Below the pieces are notes generated by a model that saw only the letters and a list, made by a program, of their open reading frames with translations, was not told the origin of the DNA and did no database searches. Shown here one piece after another: positions 26,185-29,679 of a stretch of DNA of 29,679 nt. This stretch comes from a virus. Its lineage: Duplodnaviria; Caudoviricetes. How positions within the stretch are numbered: position 1 is the stretch's first letter; the number at the start of each line of letters is the position of its first letter. Both the position numbers and the translations under genes were made by a program. The DNA lies in IMG/VR virus record IMGVR_UViG_3300020043_006205, positions 1 to 29,679 of that record. One strand, given 5' to 3'.

Positions 26185-27735
26185 TTAATAGCCTGTCACC
26201 GAATTTCTGTTGCTTGCACTCAAGAACTCCTCGTAAGCCCATTCATCAACGAAACCCTCGCTTTCTTGCCTGTACGTTTCTAGTCGATGAACTGAAGCAG
26301 CAAAAGTTTGAAAAGCGTCCGCCCCGTTCGAGTTGATGTCGTGCAGTGGCTGATCCATAAAGCAGCCCAGCTTGTCGTTGAACTTTTTGCGATATTCTCG
26401 AAGTCGACCTAAGCCTGTCTCGCATCTCTTCTGATCAAACCAACAACGAGAAAGAATCGCTCTTGCTTCGTTGATTGAGTCCATTTTGTTTTGCGCTCTT
26501 GTGATTTTCTCGAACCTAAACCCGAAATTCCGCGCAATCTCTAAGCCGTCTTTACCGTCGTAGTAAGATCGTTTCGCTATGTCATGCGGCGCAAAGTGCT
26601 GGCCGTAGTTATGGCCCTTCTCTTTCAAAATCTTGAAGTAGTGCGGCAACGGCTCTTCGCTCATCTCGTAATAGTCAACAACCATGAAGTCGAAGCCCTT
26701 TTTTTGAAAGAACCAAATGCAAGTTGTGTCGTTTATTCCTAAGTCCCATGCGGTGTGAACTGGCAACATTTGATCTATTCCGACCCTTCCAATTCGTCCG
26801 TCTTGCTCTGCTTTGATTAACTCTTTCGACCAGTAAGCGCCGACAATTGCTTTTTGGAACGCTTCTTTTGAGTTGCTTGGAAACTCTTGTTTCATCAAGT
26901 CGCCCTGCGTTTCTTCTTTCTTGCAGTACCAGATTTGCTGCTCGCGTGTTAGTCTAATTCCCTCTGCCTCTAACTCCGCGAAATAATCAGCTTGTTTGTC
27001 GTTTAGTCGATAGTCAGCGCTCATCTTGTATTTGTGATCTTTCCACCAGCCGAAGAAGTGAAACTTCCAGTCTAAAGCTGTCAGCTCGTCCCTCATTCTC
27101 ATCTTTCTCTCCGCGACACTGCAAAGATCGAAGAAGTGTCCACTTGCTCCCTGTGCCGTTGACTCAATAACAATTTGTTGGCCCTGGTGCACCGTGTTTA
27201 GTGAGCCGGACATGATCTCTTCAGCTTTGTCCGGGCTCTTTCTGCAAATCTTTCCGAACTCTGTGATATGCAGACGCTGCACTGTGCCTGACCTCGCCGA
27301 AGTTGTGACGCTGTAGCTGCTGCCGTTGCTGAAACGCATGATCTCTGTGCTGTCTGTGATCAGTGTGCGCAACTCTTTGATCTCCGGCGGCAATCTGTCA
27401 TAAGCATAGCGCACTTTGTCACGAAGCAGCTTTTTTGCATCTTCTAAATCATCACCAATCAAAACCGCTGTGATGTTCGAGTTGAATAAGCAATCATCGA
27501 GATAATTGATGCAATAGAACGTCGTAATTCCGAGCTGTCGTGCTTTTAAGATGATGTTGAGCGGGTGCTTCTCGTCAATCAGCTCACTTTGTGCTTCGTT
27601 GCAGACAAATTTAAATTCGCGGCCGTTTTCATCTTTGCAAAAATAAAGGTTCGACATGCGCCAAGCCTTATTACTCAAGAGCTCAGCCAATTTGCTCTTT
27701 TTGTCTTGGTCGATTTTACTCACAGATTTGAACAT
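26185..27735 (-). CDS. terL: Terminase large subunit
   Basis: ILKARQLGITT Walker A, LHITE Walker B, IESTAQG coupling motif, nuclease WDLG...SNGADAF; start 27735 or GTG 27723. Confidence 0.95.
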   Translation of the reverse strand: MFKSVSKIDQDKKSKLAELLSNKAWRMSNLYFCKDENGREFKFVCNEAQSELIDEKHPLNIILKARQLGITTFYCINYLDDCLFNSNITAVLIGDDLEDAKKLLRDKVRYAYDRLPPEIKELRTLITDSTEIMRFSNGSSYSVTTSARSGTVQRLHITEFGKICRKSPDKAEEIMSGSLNTVHQGQQIVIESTAQGASGHFFDLCSVAERKMRMRDELTALDWKFHFFGWWKDHKYKMSADYRLNDKQADYFAELEAEGIRLTREQQIWYCKKEETQGDLMKQEFPSNSKEAFQKAIVGAYWSKELIKAEQDGRIGRVGIDQMLPVHTAWDLGINDTTCIWFFQKKGFDFMVVDYYEMSEEPLPHYFKILKEKGHNYGQHFAPHDIAKRSYYDGKDGLEIARNFGFRFEKITRAQNKMDSINEARAILSRCWFDQKRCETGLGRLREYRKKFNDKLGCFMDQPLHDINSNGADAFQTFAASVHRLETYRQESEGFVDEWAYEEFLSASNRNSVTGY

Positions 27736-27844
27736 AATTGCAATTCTCGGTTGGGCTTTGGCAAACATAAATAAATCGACAGCTCAGAGCATTTGCAGAC
27801 TGTGAGACAAACAAAAACAGCAAAAGAAGTAGCGTTTTTCTCAT
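27716..27844 (-). CDS. 42-aa secreted four-Cys peptide, not in the ORF track
   Basis: MRKTLLLLLFLFVSQSANA-LSCRFIYVCQSPTENCNYVQICE; Sec-type signal with an A-N-A site; stop overlaps the terL start region. Confidence 0.7.
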   Translation of the reverse strand: MRKTLLLLLFLFVSQSANALSCRFIYVCQSPTENCNYVQICE

Positions 27845-27932
27845 AATTAACTTTTAACCCGAGGATCAGTCCAACAAATTTTGATCATTTTGTCTTGAAA
27901 AATTAACATTGTCAGCGGGTCTGAGCTTAATT

Positions 27933-28388
27933 TTACTTGTTTTTATCAATTGAGTCGAGCACGTCGCCGAGCCAGGAACTAGTTGAGCTTGTGTCTTTGA
28001 CTTCAGCTTGAACTCTAGTTGAGTCTCCATAGCCGCGCGGGTTCTTCTTCGCAGCTTGCCAGCGGTAATGATGAGCTAGCTCTCTTTGTCTTGTCACGCT
28101 TGCTTGTGTGAAAGTCGGCTCAATCTCTAAAAGAACCTCTTCAGCTTTTGCCGCGTAAGTGTCGGCGCTTTCTCTTTGTGCATTAATTGCTCGCGCGGAA
28201 TAGTCCGACTCTGCTATGAACCAACTTAAATCTTCTCTCCTAACCTTAAAAGTTCTAGTGATCTCGTCATAAGTCTTAGCCGCTCTAATCATCTCAATAA
28301 CTTGCTCCGCGTTAGCCAGCAGCACTTGCTTGTTCGTCTTTTTCTTTTCTTTCTTCTCTGTCTTTTTTTTCGCAATCTTCTTTGTCAT
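27933..28388 (-). CDS. terS: Terminase small subunit
   Basis: N-terminal HTH-like region; YSARA...AD...RWQAAKKNPRGYGD pattern; upstream of terL. Confidence 0.8.
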   Translation of the reverse strand: MTKKIAKKKTEKKEKKKTNKQVLLANAEQVIEMIRAAKTYDEITRTFKVRREDLSWFIAESDYSARAINAQRESADTYAAKAEEVLLEIEPTFTQASVTRQRELAHHYRWQAAKKNPRGYGDSTRVQAEVKDTSSTSSWLGDVLDSIDKNK

Positions 28389-28398
28389 AACTTAGTTT

Positions 28399-28662
28399 TT
28401 ATTTATGCAAAATTGCTTTTAGAAACTTGCTCTCGTCATCAAAAGAATCAAGAGTTCTAAAGTCTTCGTTTGCTTCGATTCTTAGAAGCTCTCTTACTCT
28501 AATAAAATCAGAATAGCGAAAGACTTTGCGCTTGAAGTAATCTGTGATGCTTGCGCTGCTCTTGAGCCCGAGGATGTTTGCGATGCGAATCTTCTTCACT
28601 TTCCGCTTTCTTAGAAACGCATTAAAAACTGCGTGCTGCTCTTCTGTGAGATATTTTTGCAT
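28399..28662 (-). CDS. HTH DNA-binding protein (Cro/XRE-like)
   Basis: KIRIANILGLKSSASITDYFK resembles an HTH; borders the divergent intergenic region. Confidence 0.6.
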   Translation of the reverse strand: MQKYLTEEQHAVFNAFLRKRKVKKIRIANILGLKSSASITDYFKRKVFRYSDFIRVRELLRIEANEDFRTLDSFDDESKFLKAILHK

Positions 28663-28824
28663 TATGCGTAAATTTTACGATTAAAAAAGGCATTTCATTT
28701 CAGAAAAAAGGAAATGCAACAAGATTTTTCTAAAAATGAAACAACGCCAAGCCCTGATTTTATTGACTCCACCTCTTTTCTTCTGTGAATATGAAAAAAA
28801 CTTAAAATAATTTCATTTTTCTTC

Positions 28825-28886
28825 TTGACATTGTGAAACTCTGAGTTGTAAAGTGACTTCATCGCTTCGAAATTATTCAAAGCGGT
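28825..28886 (+). promoter_or_regulatory. sigma70-type promoter TTGACA-N18-TAAAGT with a 5' hairpin ATCGC...GCGGT
   Basis: Read directly; mirrors 1742-1792. Confidence 0.65.
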
Positions 28887-28919
28887 TGGCAAAAAATAAA
28901 AATTAAAAACGGAGTAAAT

Positions 28920-29138
28920 ATGAAATTTATCGCAATTGAAAATTTATCAAAAAAAGAAATTTCGGCAATCTTAAAATCGGCAAGAAGAGTATCATTCACA
29001 CTCTCAACGAAATTCGTCAATGAGTCGAAATGGAATAAATTCGACAATATCTTGCCTCAAATTTTGACCGCTGGGTTCATCGAATCTGACCAAGAAGTTG
29101 GCAATTTCGGATCAACTAAATTTTTTACAAAATCTTAA
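28920..29138 (+). CDS. Hypothetical protein
   Basis: 72 aa; GGAG RBS; follows the promoter. Confidence 0.7.
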   Translation: MKFIAIENLSKKEISAILKSARRVSFTLSTKFVNESKWNKFDNILPQILTAGFIESDQEVGNFGSTKFFTKS

Positions 29139-29174
29139 CCTCATCTTAAGTAAAAATTAAAAAACGGGGTAAAT

Positions 29175-29666
29175 ATGAAACTAAAAAATCAATTTTCAGA
29201 ACCATCTAAGCGAGAAAGATTTTTCAAATTGGCTGACAATAATATAACCCTCGATCTTTTTCATGCTGTGATCCAGTTGTCGTGCATGTGCGGAAGCTTG
29301 ATCCGAACTCTGCGTTTTGAAGATGAAAAAAAGGAAATGGTCATCAGATTTAACGAGGCGTTAGAAAAAATTGAAGAATACACGAAGGCAAGCTATTTGA
29401 TTCGCTTTTTTGGAGCGTGGGAGAATCATCATTCAAAAATGGCTGAGGAAGTCGAGAAAGAAATTGAAGAAAAGAGCGGGTTTAGGTACGCCAAAAAAAG
29501 CTTAGATCGATGGGCTAAAATCCCAAAAATAGCGCGAGCGATTGTTTTTTCCGACAATTTCAAAAGCGCTTTAGAAATGAGAGACGCACTTGATGATGCG
29601 TGCCAGCGCCACAAAAATGAAATAGACGAAATCGTGGCAAAATACCAAAAAATAGCAAAATCTTAA
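29175..29666 (+). CDS. Hypothetical helical protein
   Basis: 163 aa; leader nearly identical to that of 28920. Confidence 0.75.
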   Translation: MKLKNQFSEPSKRERFFKLADNNITLDLFHAVIQLSCMCGSLIRTLRFEDEKKEMVIRFNEALEKIEEYTKASYLIRFFGAWENHHSKMAEEVEKEIEEKSGFRYAKKSLDRWAKIPKIARAIVFSDNFKSALEMRDALDDACQRHKNEIDEIVAKYQKIAKS

Positions 29667-29679
29667 CTTCAGTAAATTT

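Noticed and set aside
28695-28892. 65-aa minus-strand ORF
   Set aside because: Non-ATG start and spans the divergent promoter region
1-29679. Stop-codon reassignment or suppressor tRNA
   Set aside because: Core genes are intact in the standard code, TAA, TAG and TGA all end tightly packed genes, and no CUA or UCA anticodon arm was found

Overview
The window is a 29.7 kb piece of an AT-rich tailed dsDNA phage or prophage of podovirus (P22-like) type. The overlapping spanin pair points to a diderm host. About 24 kb of the minus strand (28662 to 4447) is one co-oriented late block: HTH regulator, TerS, TerL, portal, GroES, scaffold, decoration protein, major capsid, ParB-like and cupin-like genes, three putative ejection proteins, tail spike, gp4- and gp10-like adaptors, fibres and a lysis cassette (holin-like genes, spanins, M15A endolysin, DUF1353). 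The left 4.4 kb is an early/accessory region with small minus-strand genes, a Sak4-like ATPase, RusA, an XRE HTH and a canonical tRNA-Thr(UGU). The best candidate for an undescribed system is a set of structured non-coding RNAs in that region. Two tRNA-like RNAs (1467-1589, 3372-3519) share the acceptor stem GTCAGGG/CCCTGAC and keep D and T arms but lack a normal anticodon arm. A tandem, covarying two-hairpin motif lies just upstream of the second one. Also missing from the ORF track are a secreted four-Cys micropeptide between TerS and TerL, a 32-aa Lys-rich peptide, a gene broken at a G9 tract and repeated start-associated motifs. All calls come from manual reading, motif recognition and synteny; no searches or folding programs were run.
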